A DNA stretch of 64,000 nucleotides from Chiloscyllium plagiosum. Taxonomy: Eukaryota. The stretch lies in NCBI RefSeq assembly GCF_004010195.1, contig NC_057720.1:24920500-24984499 (forward strand), given 5' to 3'. Position numbers and translations under genes: made by a program. Below, piece after piece: positions 24,980-36,399 of this stretch (positions are counted from its first letter, which is position 1; each line of letters begins with the position of its first letter). Below the pieces are notes generated by a model, which was not told the DNA's origin, did no database searches, and saw nothing but the letters and a program-made list of their open reading frames with translations.

Positions 24980-25181
24980 TTGGAGATGCCAGTGTTGGAC
25001 TGGGGTGTACAAAGTTTAAAAATCACACTACCAGGTTATAGTCCAACAGGTTTAATTGGAAGCACTATCTTTTGGAGCACTGCACCTTCATCAGGTGGTT
25101 ATGACAACCACCTGATTAAGGAGCAGTGCTCCGAAAGCTAGTGCTTCCAACTACATCTGGACTATACCCTGGTGTTGTGAT
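24980..25181. mobile_element. Fold-back element of a second hammerhead-bearing (probably Penelope-like) family
   Basis: 45-nt inverted arms 25056-25100 / 25106-25150, extending imperfectly to 25022/25181. The + arm reads CAC-CTGATTA-A-GGAGC-AGT-GCTCC-GAAAG-CTA-GTG. Confidence 0.75.
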
Positions 25182-27625
25182 CAAACAAACAACCCACAGA
25201 CTACTTCCTGTCCTTAGATACAGAATTGATGTCTCCCTGCTTTCTCATGGTACATGAATTTTTGTGCATTACAATGAAAATCTTAACTGAAATTTGCTCT
25301 TGAATTTGATCACCCTTAAATATTTTGTGGTTAAAAGGAAACAGTTTGAGGGTGATCTTGCAAGCTTTGTTCATGGGTAGTCATGTCAGTGACTCAGCTT
25401 TTTTCTCTGGTCATGAAGGGCATCGTGCCTGTGTGAAAGTGAATGTGAATTACAAAATTTTCTATTCTTATCTAGATATTGACTGTTTGAGAAACAGCTA
25501 ATGGGCAAGTTGCCATTTGGAATAATTGGCAGCAGGTTCCTCCAGCCATTAATGTTGATGCTGTCCCTCTTCAGGAAGAGGTCACATTCCTGAGGTGTTT
25601 TTGGTTTGGATTTTCCTGAAGCACTGCATTAGGTGAGAGAAATCCCTAACCTGGCAAAGAGACTAGTTTTGGTCACTAAATGTCCATTCAACTATGGCTG
25701 GGTTTGTCTTGTGTTTTGCCTGAAAGCTTGCAGTGCTGGCTTCAGGAAGGACTTCTGCATTTGACCAGTGTGCACAAAGTGAATGTGGTTAATTGTCCAA
25801 CCTTTAGGTTTTTAAAAAAACAGCCAGATGAGCAGTGTCATGCTTAATGGTACTAATGGCATGGATACTGTCCCCCTGCAACAACTGAAAAAGACATGTG
25901 GCATGCTGCTTCTACTTGCCCCAGTATTGTATTTATATCCATTCAGTACAAAACAAATACCAGAGATGTGGAAAACTTTCAATAGAGGACATGAGATTTT
26001 CAAGGTAGTCTTGTATTATGCAAGATATCTTCTGCCCCTATGAATCCAGGTTTGCTTTTCAGATGTCTGAGGAAAATGCTGCTTAAAGATGAGCTTTTAT
26101 TAATTCATGAAAACAGGATGAAAATAGAGTCAAAGGCTGTTATTGGCAAAAACAGTTACTTATTGGCCACCTTTTTTGCAATGATGCATAATTGGGATAC
26201 TGATTTTCAAGATGACTAAATGGCTTTTTGCTGTCTTGAAGACATTAAATTACATTGAATGTGGTGCTAGTAAGTAATTTACTGAAGCAACACTTTTTTT
26301 GTTCTGTGCTGGTGTTGCCAGTGAGTGTCCAACTGTTTAAACATGGATAGCATCATGACAGTGCTTTATGCTGGGGTAGCACACAACAGTTGCGCATTAC
26401 TTCTAACTGGGAGTTAGTGAACCGGCAGCCTTGCATTTCTCACCAACCAGTGGAAGCATCTGGAGAAAGACTGTTCTAGCAAAGTACTGGCCAGCAGAAG
26501 ATAAAGATGCAAGGTGGCCAGTTCACTCCAATCTGATTTCAGTTAAAAGCATCAGTTTGGCTGATGCAGGACAAACTGGCTTTCTTCAGGGTCAGTTAGC
26601 TTTCTCCAGAGAAGCGAGGCTGCTCCAAGGTTGGGAAGAACTGAACACCTTTCTAACTTGGTACCAGCTCCAAGCTGTTCAGTTACCCAAGAGCCAACCA
26701 CCACTTGGCAGGCATAAGGTCTGTCATCATTAGCTGGTCACTGGTTCTTAGGCCCTCCACTTCTAGCCAGCAAAACCTGCATCTGTGCAATCTATTTTGG
26801 TGCCAAGTTGTCTGCAGCACAACTTCAATTGCTTGCACAACCAGTTGTCCGTGTGGTTGCCTTCACGAGTAATCTGGTTACTTGATTTCAAAGTATAGGC
26901 ACCACCTCTCATTTCAAAAAAAAAACAAGGCTGTTTCTCATTCCAGTCCCCAGGCTTAGTTTCAAACTGTCCTTGCAACTTGTTTTCGTATCTGCATATT
27001 TTATCAGGAATCACTAGCCAATATTAGTATTTCTGATGGCTATTCTCTCCTCAACCTTTTAAATATCTCATTTGTAAATCATACCCTTGGTGATTTAGTG
27101 GCTCAACACTGATCAGAGTTTCACACCTGTAATATGTTGACTTTTAGTTAACTTTGAAAATATATGGTCTCTTTTGAAATCTTGTTTTAGTACACACTAG
27201 AAACATGACACTTGCATCAAGACCACTTGTTCTTATTAAATTTGCATTTGAGGAAATCTGAAGCACAGTTTTGAATAAATCAGGTTACCTTGCAAACAAA
27301 CTGAGCAGTGGGAAAGTTGCGTTGCTTTGGGCCAGATGCCAACATTCTGAAATTGGATGTGGGAATATTCTGTCTCTAATGTACAGATTGTGCTAGTCTG
27401 CACTGAACCAGCTCATCAAAGGCCACAATTTGTCAACGGACATCTTTCTTCGTAACCCCTGCTCCTTGTGGTTTCAGATATTTGAAATTTTCTTATCTGG
27501 TAACTGCACTGTTATTTAGTTTGGGTTAAATGCTTGATTTTCTTAACTGCCAAGTCAGTTTATAGACTTTGCCTGAATTGAAGCCAAAGTTTGTTATTGA
27601 ATGAATTGAAAGAGAAAATTCTGTA

Positions 27626-27883
27626 GGGTGGCATGTGGTTCAGTGGGCACTGCTGAGGAACCCAGGATTTGATTCTCCTCTAACCTTGGTTTACTGCATG
27701 GAGTTTGTACTTTCACCTGTGTCTGGGTGCCCTAGTTTTCTGCTGCATTCTAGGAGTGTGCTGGCTAGGTAGATTAGCCATGGTAAATGGGAGTTGTGGG
27801 TATGGGGATGGGGTTTGGTGTCTGGTTGGATGCTTTTGAGGGTCAGTGCAGATTTTATAGGCTGGATGACCTATTTCCACACT
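27626..27883 (+). mobile_element. Degenerate HE1-like V-SINE
   Basis: Colinear with 4120-4432 (GGGTGGCATG, TGGAGTTTG, GCCATGGTAAAT, TTTCCACACT). Confidence 0.75.
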
Positions 27884-28614
27884 GGAGTCTGTCTAGATTC
27901 ACAAGTCTTTTCAAATGATTGGGGATAGTATCTGATGAGAACTATCTTAAGTTCCATAAGTGTGCCACAAGTGATCTTTGGCAACTATTGCTCTTCTACC
28001 ACAATTAATTCCTCTCCTGAAAGCAGGAATACAGTCCCATTGTGGCCTCCTTGACCATGAGTGGAACATAACATTCTGACTTCTAAAATCTTAGTATCAG
28101 GTCATTTTAAACAGTTCAGCCATTGTCATACTGTTACATGGGCCACTCCTATTGCAATGAACAATGTATAAAAGGAAAAACCAGTTTAACAAGCTGAAAG
28201 TGCTGGTGTTAAATCAATGGTTTTAAGTGAATTACAGCTGCATATTTATTTATGCAGAGCACTGATTTGAGATTGCAACTTCAGGTAAATATTAATTCTT
28301 CAACAAATGCTTGTTCATGGGAAGTTTTAAAGGTGAATGTTGTCTCTGTAGACTTATTCTGTCCTTGTATGTGATCAGAATTGAGATTTTGATAGCCTAT
28401 AATCAGTTCTTCTGTCCCTAATCTTAAATCACACTTAGATTGAAAGGGGGGAGTGGAGCTAGAATGAAAAATGAGGCAAGCATATCAGTGTTCGTTTTGC
28501 ATCAGGAATGAGAACTTCACTTAGCTCCACCTAAAACACTAGGAAATCAGCCCTCCTTTCCTGGATACTTGCTCCAAACAATCATCATCCTGCTTCTCCA
28601 TAGTCAAAGATAAA

Positions 28615-28750
28615 GTTGCTGGTGTGATGGTTTAACCTGGAGGGTCACCACACCCCTGGCAAGGAGGGTTGAAAAGGAGAGTCCTTTGTAACTTCAGTCA
28701 GTGCAGGAATTGAACCAGTTCTAGTGGCATGACTGCATTACAAACCAAAT
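28615..28750 (-). mobile_element. Degenerate tRNA-derived SINE
   Basis: Minus-strand B box GGTTCAATTCC (GGAATTGAACC at about 28706-28716) followed by a SINE-like body. Confidence 0.45.
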
Positions 28751-29509
28751 GTCTTGTTACCTACCTGGTGTTCTGGTATCTATTTCAAAATTGTCCTTTT
28801 ATTCTCTGAACTCCCAAACATTCAAATTTTGAATGGTACAGGACTAATATCTTTCTCTCCATTGAAAGAAACAGTTCAAAGAGTGATCACGTTGAACTGG
28901 TTGGGGCAGTGTTTAAAGGTTTAAAAGAACAAACAAGACTGATCCAGTTACCACAGGTGCGGCACTGTTTTCAAAATCTCATCTTTGGGTTTCTATCCAT
29001 TAGTCACTTAACACTATAAAAGTCATTTTAATTAAAGCATTAGTTGGTTTCAAAGTCCAGCAGACTGTGTTCATGCTGGAAATATAGTGCAAGAATGTGT
29101 TTTGGGACAGAATTTTAATGTTTACAACTTTTGCACTGGGATTTTGTGACTATCCTAAGCTTGTGGCATGTATGGGTGTAGAAATTGTTGTATACAGCTA
29201 ATCATTTACATTTGTTAACACTTGCTCCCTTTTCTTCCCTGCCCTGTCCCACCCCACCAAATTTAGATGAAGTTGCATTTTTGAATGAATCTAAAACTTA
29301 AGTTTTTGAACAGAGACTGTAATTTTAATGGAGAGATTAGGATGAAGTATCTATTGAAGAGCATTTTGGTGATTTAAGACTATACCTCAATTTGACCACT
29401 GAGCTGATCACAGGAAGTAGCATTTATCTTTTGAGACCATATTGTGCAATCCCTCATTTGAGCTTGTTTCTACTCCAGTTCAGTGTGTTCTGAGATGGCT
29501 GTCCAATAC

Positions 29510-31420
29510 ATAGAACATGGAACAGTCTACAGGCCCTTCAGCCCTCTATGTAGTGCCAGCTTTTTTAATCCTACTAAGATCAAATTAACCTCTACCATTT
29601 TTTCACTTTACCATCATCCTTGTGCCTATCCAAGAGTCACTTAAATGTCCCTAATGTATCTGACTGCACTACACAGCTGGCAGTGCATTCCACACACCTA
29701 CCACTCTAAAGAGCCAACCTCTGACATTTCCCCTAAACCTTCTTCTTCCAGTCGCCTTTAAAATTGTTGCCTTATGATTAGACATTTGTCCCCAGGGCTG
29801 ACTGTTCACTCTAGGTTCTCATTTTATACAGTTCTACCAAGTCACCCCTCGTGAGAAAAGCACTAGCTCCCTCAACTTGCTGTCTTCAGACATGCCCTCC
29901 AGTTCAGACAGCATCCTAGTAAATCTCCTCTGCACCCCCTCTAAACCTTCCACATCCTATGAGGTGACCAGAACTGAATACAATATTCCAAGTGTGGTCA
30001 ACCCAGGATTCTGTAGACCTGCAACATAACCTCGTGGCTCTTAAACTCAATTTCCCTGCTAATGAAAGCCATTGCCATATGCTGCCTTAACCCCATTAAC
30101 TTGGGGGGCAACTTTGAGGGATCTATGGACATAGACCCCTAGATCCCTCTGTTCCTACACACTGCCAAGAATCCTGCTTTAAACCTGTATTCAAATTTGA
30201 CTGTCCAAAACAAATCACTTCAGTTTTCCAGGTTGAACTCCATCTGCCACTTCTTCTCATCCCAGCTCTGCACTGTCCCATTGCAACCTACAACAGTTCA
30301 CCACACTATCCATGACTCCACCAACCTTTGTCACTGGCAAACTCACCTACCCTTTCACTTCCTTCAAGTCACTTATAAAAATCAAAGAGCAGAGGTCCCA
30401 GAACAGATCCCTGCAGAACACCACTGGTCACTAAGCTCCAGGCTGAATACTTTCTCTCTACTACTACCACCCTGTCTTATGTGGGCCAGACAACCAGATT
30501 TCCCTGTATCCTTTGCCTCTTTACTTTGTGAATGAGCCTACTGTGGGGAACCTTATCAAACACCTTGCTAAAATCCATGTACACCACAGCTACTGCTCTT
30601 CCATCAATGTCACATTCTCAAAGAATTCAATAAGGCTTGAGGCACGACCTGTCCCTCAAAGCAATGCTGGCTATCTCTAACAAAACTGCTTTTCCAAGTA
30701 ATCACCAATCCTGTCTCTCAGAATACCCTCCAATATTTTTCCCACCACAGGGACATGACTGTTCTGTCATTCCCAGGATTATCCCTATTCCCTTTCTTGA
30801 ACAAGGGAATAACACTTGCTACCGTCTGGTCATCTGGTACTACTCCAGTGGACAGTGAGGACATAAAGTCATCGCCAAAGGTGCAGCAATCTTTCCCTTG
30901 CTTACTGTAGTAACTTTAAGTATATCCTGTATGGCCCAGGGGACTTGTCTATCCTTGTGTATTTCAATTTTCAGCATATCCTCCTTCATATCAGTGGCTC
31001 AGTGGTTGGCACTGCTGCCTCACAGGGTCCCAGATTCAATTCCAGCCTCTGGCAACTGTGTGGAGTTTGCTTCAGTTTCCTCCTGCAATCTGAATATGTG
31101 CAAGTCAGGTGAATTGGCCATACTAAATTGTCCGTAGTGTTGGGTGCATTAACCGGAGGGAAATGCGTCTTGGGTGGGTTACTCTTCGGAGGGTCAGTGT
31201 GGACTGGTTGGGTTGAAGGGCCAGTTTCCACACTGTAGGGAATCTAATCTGTTTCAAACTGTTCTCGTGCATGTCCAGGTCTGTCAGCAGTGAATACTGA
31301 AGCAAAGTATCCATTAAGGACCTCCCCTACCACCTCCTGACTTCAGATGCAACTTGCCTTCACTAGCCCTGATCGGCACTACCCTCACTCTGGCCATATT
31401 CTTGTCCCTCGCATGTGCAT
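29510..31420 (-). mobile_element. CR1 LINE fragment (RT to 3' end), interrupted by an HE1-like SINE
   Basis: CR1 tail CATAGAACA..GAACAGT..ACAGGCCCTTCAGCCC. Reverse-strand RPHLEY-like (CAATATTCCAAGTGTGGTC) and DFSK.FDKVP-like (GGAACCTTATCAAACACCTTGCTAAAATCC) motifs. Confidence 0.85.
30993..31250 (+). mobile_element. HE1-like V-SINE (internally deleted) nested in CR1
   Basis: GTGGCTCAGTGGTTGGCACTGCTGCCTCACAG head. Tail GGGCCAGTTTCCACACTGTAGGGAATCTAATCT. Confidence 0.85.
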
Positions 31421-31577
31421 ATAATCTGCAGACTCTGAGCTTGTAATGTTGGTTGAGGGTTTTTGCTCTTTCCTACACAGACATTTTTTAAATGTTCCCT
31501 GTTTGCATTTGTAAATATTCCTGTCTGAGGGTTTTCATCAGTAAGCTAGGATGCCTAGTCTCTTCACAATCTCTGGG

Positions 31578-31703
31578 TAGATTAGATTAGATTACCTACA
31601 GTGTGGAAACAGGCCCTTCAGCCTAACGAGTCCACACCAACCCTCTGAACAGCAACCCACCCAAACCCATTCCCCCACATTCACCCCTGACTAATGCACC
31701 TAA
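31578..31703 (-). mobile_element. 3' tail of HE1-like SINE
   Basis: (TAGAT)n followed by CAGTGTGGAAACAGGCCCTTC...CCTGACTAATGCACCTAA, the reverse complement of 4316-4430. Confidence 0.8.
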
Positions 31704-31874
31704 AGCAATGTTCTGACAGTTCCAATCTGCTCTCAAAACAAGTGACTGTCCTGCTCAAGGAAAAACTGGTTTTAAGTAACTTTGCATATTGAAGCTGCAC
31801 AAGTTGATTTGGATTGCAACTAGATTTTGGAGGTTTTTGTGGTACTACCATTAGTACTTCAGTGCTTTTGAGGT

Positions 31875-32618
31875 GAAAGTGAGGACTGCAGATGCTGGAG
31901 ATCAGAGCTGAAAATGTGTTGCTGGAAAAGCGCAGCAGGTCAGGCAGCAACCAGGGAACAGGAGAATCGACGTTTCAGGCATAAGCCCTTCTTCAGGAAT
32001 GAGAAGTTTGTCCAGCAGGCTAAGATAAAAGGTAGGGAGGAGGGACTTGGGGGAGGAGTGTCAGAAATGTGATAGGTGGAAAGAGGTCAAGGAGTCCAAA
32101 GACCTGCATATCCTTGGTGGAGTGGGAGGGGGAATTGAAATGTTGAGCCACAGGGTGGTTGGGTTGGTTGGTCCGGGTGTCCCAGAGGTGTTCTCTGAAA
32201 CGCTCTGCAAGTAGGCGGTCTGTCTCCCCAATATAGAGGAGGCCACATTGGGTGCAGAGGATGCAATAGATGATTGTGTGGAGGTGCAGGTGAATCTGTG
32301 GCGGATATGGGAGTTTCCTTTGGGGCCTTGGAGGGAGGTGAGGGGGGAGGTGTGGGCGCAAGTCTTGCACCTCCTGCGGTTGCAGGGGAAGGTGCCGGGA
32401 GTGGAGGTTGGGTTGGTGGTGGGTGTGGATCTGATGAGAGAGTCACAGAGGGAGTGGTCTTTACGGAATGCTGATAGGGGAGGGGAGGGAAATATATCCT
32501 TGCTGGTGGGGTCTGTTTGGAGGTGGCGGAAATGATGGCGGATGATGCGCTGTGCATGGAGATTGGTGGGGTGGTAGGTGAGGACCAGTGGGGTTCTGTC
32601 CTGGTGGCGGTTGGAGGG
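31875..32618 (-). mobile_element. Neptune-type Penelope-like retroelement 3' part (GIY-YIG endonuclease and hammerhead-bearing terminal repeat)
   Basis: Minus-strand IIYCILCTQCGLLYIGETDRLLAERFREH...HPVAQHFNSPSH (GIY-YIG). Hammerhead ATTC-CTGAAGA-A-GGGC-TTAT-GCCT-GAAAC-GTC-GATT at 32000-31965. 11-bp TSD GCTTTTGAGGT (31864-31874 / 32619-32629). Confidence 0.92.
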
Positions 32619-33159
32619 GCTTTTGAGGTATCTACTGTAGTTTTGTACAAGACTTTGAAATATCTAGGTGGCTGTGGGTGTACAATGCATGTCTCATACA
32701 TACTGGACCATCTGAACTATACCCTGCCTCTTACACACACTGTCATTGTGTGAATACTGCTTAGCTGTTTATTTCTTGGCTGTATCATTACCCTGGAAAA
32801 TATTTAGATTTGATCGCCATGTTTTGTGGAAATAACAACAGTATCTTGGATGTGCTTCACTGGTTATGTCTACATAATTTCCTTAAACTTTCAGAGGCCT
32901 GATTAGCCACATTACCACTTGCTGGTTTAGTTGTCTCCTATTTCACAGTAAGCACTTGGTAAATAAGTATGATTTTTAACAGGCTTGTTAGACTAAGATG
33001 CAAATGGGTGATGAGCCTGACTTCTCTGGTCCTGTTCAATAGAAATTATTTTTGGGAGGCGGGGTTATGGTAACAAGCATGACCATTTGAAGGGGGCTCT
33101 GTGGCTCATTACAAAATTGCAGTTGATTCTCTGGTGAGAGACTGGGTTAAAGCAAACTT

Positions 33160-33425
33160 GGAGGTAGCTCAGTCAGCACCAGGAACCCAGGTTTTATTCC
33201 AGCCATGGGCAACCGTACAAATTCCACAGATGTAATTCCCCATTTCTGCATTGGTTTTCTCCCCACAGTTAATATATGCCAGTTGCATGGATTGGCTGTG
33301 CTAATTGGTTGTGTAGTATCCAGGGATGTGCAGGCGAGGTGGATTAGTTGGGGTGGGTCTGGGTGGAATGCTGTTTGGAGGATCAGTGTGGACTTGGGCT
33401 GAATGGCCTGCTAGCACACTAGGGA
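33160..33425 (+). mobile_element. Degenerate HE1-like V-SINE
   Basis: CCAGGAACCCAGGTTTTATTCC, CCCACAGT, GGATCAGTGTGGACTTGGGCTGAATGGCCTG. Confidence 0.65.
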
Positions 33426-33761
33426 TTGTCTATTGAACTAATTATAGCTAGGGTAGGGACTGAAGCTTGACTTGGTGTAGAAAGGATGATATGGTGTTAA
33501 GTATCTTGACCATCTCCATCCTTTTGGGATTGTAACAAGAGAACGAGTGAAGACTTCATGCATAACTTGGCATTCAGCTGATTTGCATCTGCATAATTAA
33601 GGTTAGTCCCCAATCCCTTTTTCATTCTCCCCATTGTCGTCTCAATTCTGCCTCAGTACAACACCACACAGTCCTTAAGACAGCACAGATCACTCATACA
33701 CGTTTGTACCCCTATTTCTCATGGATAATGAAAATATAGTGAAATAATAGGTGACCACCTG

Positions 33762-34285
33762 GTGGTGGTATTGCTGAACGTTAATCTAGGGAACCAGATA
33801 ATCTTGGGAGCAGGAAAATCAATGTTTCAGGCAAAAGCCCTATCTGCCTCTATTCCTGATGGAAGGGCTTTTGCCCGAAACGTCTTTTTTTTTCTGCTCT
33901 TCGGATGCTGGCTGAACTGCTGTGCTTTTCCAGCACCACTCTAATCTAGAATCTGGCTTCCAGCATCTGCAGTCATTGTTTTTACCTAAAATCTTGGGGA
34001 CCTGGGTTTGAATCCTCACATGGCAGACTGAATTCAAATTCTACAATTTAAAAAAAAACTGGAATGGAGTCCAACAATTATGAATCTGTTACACTGATTA
34101 TCAGGAAAACCCATCAGGTTCACTAATATCCGTTTTATGGAAGGAAGCTGTCATCCTTGCCTGGTCTGGCATATGCTTGGGTCCACACCCACAGCAATGT
34201 GGTTGACACTCAAACTGCCCCTTGGGAAACTTTGAGATGGGCAATAAATGTTGGCCAAGACAGCAGCACCCTAATCCTGTGAATT
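33762..34285 (+). mobile_element. SacSINE1-like DeuSINE interrupted by a fold-back Penelope-like derivative
   Basis: Head at 33762, resuming at 33990 (GGGGACCTGGGTTTGAATCC). Core and GATGGGCAATAAATGTTGGCC tail present. Confidence 0.8.
33809..33989 (+). mobile_element. Short fold-back Penelope-like derivative with degenerate hammerhead
   Basis: Short inverted copy (GCAGGAAAATCAATGTTTCAGGCAAAAGCCC), then ATTC-CTGATGG-AA-GGGC-TTTT-GCCC-GAAAC-GTC and the family tail. 9-bp TSD AATCTTGGG (33800-33808 / 33990-33998). Confidence 0.85.
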
Positions 34286-35012
34286 TGAGCTGAGGTAACA
34301 ACACTTGCTTTCCTGGACCAACATACTGATTTCTGGCAGGGGAAAAGCAGTTTTAGTTAGATGATTAAATCTAGCTGTGTAGGACTTGTAATTAAATGTG
34401 CTCCTTAATCGTGATGTGGGTGAAGAGTATGGAAAGGAAATGCTATTCAAGCTACAAGTAAATGGGAATAAGGGGGTTAGTAGGCCGAATGGGAAGCACC
34501 TAGGGTCTAATTTGACCTAATTTGACAATAGGTGAAACACTTATCTTGTTTTAAGGACTGATGTAAATGAGCCTTGAGTAAGTGATCTGACAAATTGCAA
34601 GAAGTGGTCAAGAGGGTGGAATAAGGGCTGGTTGAGCTGGTATAGAGGCTTGTTGACTTTTTTATTACCAGTGACTGTTTGTTTAGACAATGGGATCCTA
34701 AAGGGGCATTATATTATCATTTTGAGGTAGATTTCTCCCCAGCCCACCATAATGCCAGCAATTACTTAGGATTTGAAAGGGCCCTTTTTGAGGTGGGTTT
34801 CAGATGGCATGATCTAATGGATCAGGGATTGATTGGAGAAAGGGTGAAAATATTGGTTGATGGTGAGCTTACTGGGTGTGTGGTGCTCAGCGCCCAAAAA
34901 AAGGGTCTCTTCATATCTCTAGGAAATGTTGATTCAAAGCTGGTCTTGTCAGAGGGAAGGACACCTACAGAAAAGGGAATGTTGTAGCCTGCATATTTGA
35001 GGGTAGTTTAAG

Positions 35013-35860
35013 GTGTAGGTTTGCTCACTGAGCCATAGTTTTGATATCCAGACATTTCATTATCTGGTTAGGTAACATCAGTGGCGACCTCAGTGAAGCG
35101 AAGCTGTTGTCTCCTTTATATTTGTTTGTCCTGGATGGGGTTCCTGGGGTTTGTGGTGATGTCATTTCCTGTTTGTTTTCAGAGGGGTTGATGGTATCGA
35201 GATCTTTGTTTATGGCGTTGTGGTTGGAATGCCAGGCCTCTAGGAATTCTCTGGCATGTCTTCACTTAGCCTGTCCCAGGATAGATGTGTTGTCCTAGTC
35301 AGATGTTTTTTCATCTAGGTAGGGCTACGAGGGAGAGAGGGTCGTGTCTTTTTGTGGCTAACTGGTGTTTGTGTATCCTGGTGGCTAATTTCTTTTTTGT
35401 CCTACGTAGTGTTTGTGGCAGTCCTTGCATGGAATTTTGTAGATGACATTGGTTTTGTCCATGGGTTGTACTGGGTCTTTTAAGCTTTAGTTTTTGTTTG
35501 TGTTGGGTTTGTGTGCTACTAGGATTCTGAGGGGTCTTGGTAGTCTGGCTGTCATTTCTGAAACTTTTGTATGGTAAGGTGCTTAGGGTTTCTGGCTGTT
35601 TGGTCTGCTTGTTGTGGTTTGTTCTTGAGGAATCTGTGAACTATATTTTGAGTATCCGTTCTTCTTGAATATGTTGTATAGGTGGTTCTCTGTTTTCCGA
35701 AGTTCATCTGTGCTGCAGTGTGGTGGCTCGTTGGAATAGTGTTCTGATGCAGCTTTGTGTGTTGGATGGTTGCTGGTGTCGTTAAGTATTTGGTCAGTGT
35801 TTCAGTTTTCTGTATACGCAGGTTTGTAGTTCTTTGTTGTCCTTTCTTTCAACTGTGCTG
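35013..35860 (-). mobile_element. Poseidon-type Penelope-like retroelement 3' part (RT thumb and GIY-YIG), frameshifted
   Basis: Minus-strand VYRK...DQILN...NHP...SCIRTLFQRA, then LKDPVQPMDKTNVIYKIPCKDCHKHYVGQ..KLATRIHKHQLA and AREFLEAWHS. No Cys-rich linker. Decayed hammerhead at 35084-35048. Confidence 0.85.
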
Positions 35861-35949
35861 ATGGCGAGATTGCAACAGTAAAGAGAAAGGGGAACCGAAA
35901 TAGTGGGCTTTTTAATCCTATGAGCAGAACTGGCAATGTGTGAAACTGG

Positions 35950-36178
35950 GCGAAAGTGAGGACTGCAGATGCTGGAGATCAGTCAAGAGTGGTGCTGGAC
36001 AAGCGCAGCATCCGAGGAGCAGGAGAATCGACATTTAGGGCATAAGCCCTTCATCACAAATGTTTTTGCGTGAAATGTCGATTCTCCTCCTTTGGATGCT
36101 GCTTGACCTGCTGTGCTTTTTCCCAACACCCCCCACACAACTCCCCTCCAGCATGTACAGTCCTCCCTTTCGGCCTGC
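35950..36178. mobile_element. Fold-back Penelope-like derivative
   Basis: Inverted arms pivoting at about 36050-36070 around hammerhead remnants (GAATCGACATTT / AAATGTCGATTC). 11-bp TSD TGTGAAACTGG (35939-35949 / 36179-36189). Confidence 0.85.
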
Positions 36179-36399
36179 TGTGAAACTGGACCCACTGTGG
36201 GTAGATTCCACTGATCAGTAGTGTTGCTATACTAATGTTTGAGTGATTTTTGTGGCTTCTCTTGATTGCTGGCTTGTAACGGAGACCAAGGATTCTCCTT
36301 CGAAGTGATGGCAACACTTTGGCAGTACTTACCATGCTTCTGATGCCAACTTTTCAGATTTGAGCAGCAGAGACATTGTTAATTTTCGGGGAAACCAGC

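Noticed and set aside
26359..27016. GC-richer block starting CAGTG, possible hAT-type MITE
   Set aside because: Terminal inverted repeats and an 8-bp TSD could not be established by eye.
32087..32753. Long Pro- or Gly-rich ORFs (also 56535-57241)
   Set aside because: Alternative frames of C-rich Penelope-like sequence.
34679..34987. 102-aa ORF with protein-like composition
   Set aside because: Non-ATG start, no recognisable domain and no convincing splice sites; likely chance.
1..36000. Exons of an upstream neighbour such as MED8 (adjacent to ELOVL1 in mammals)
   Set aside because: No matching coding exons recognised by eye; a translated search would be needed to exclude short exons.
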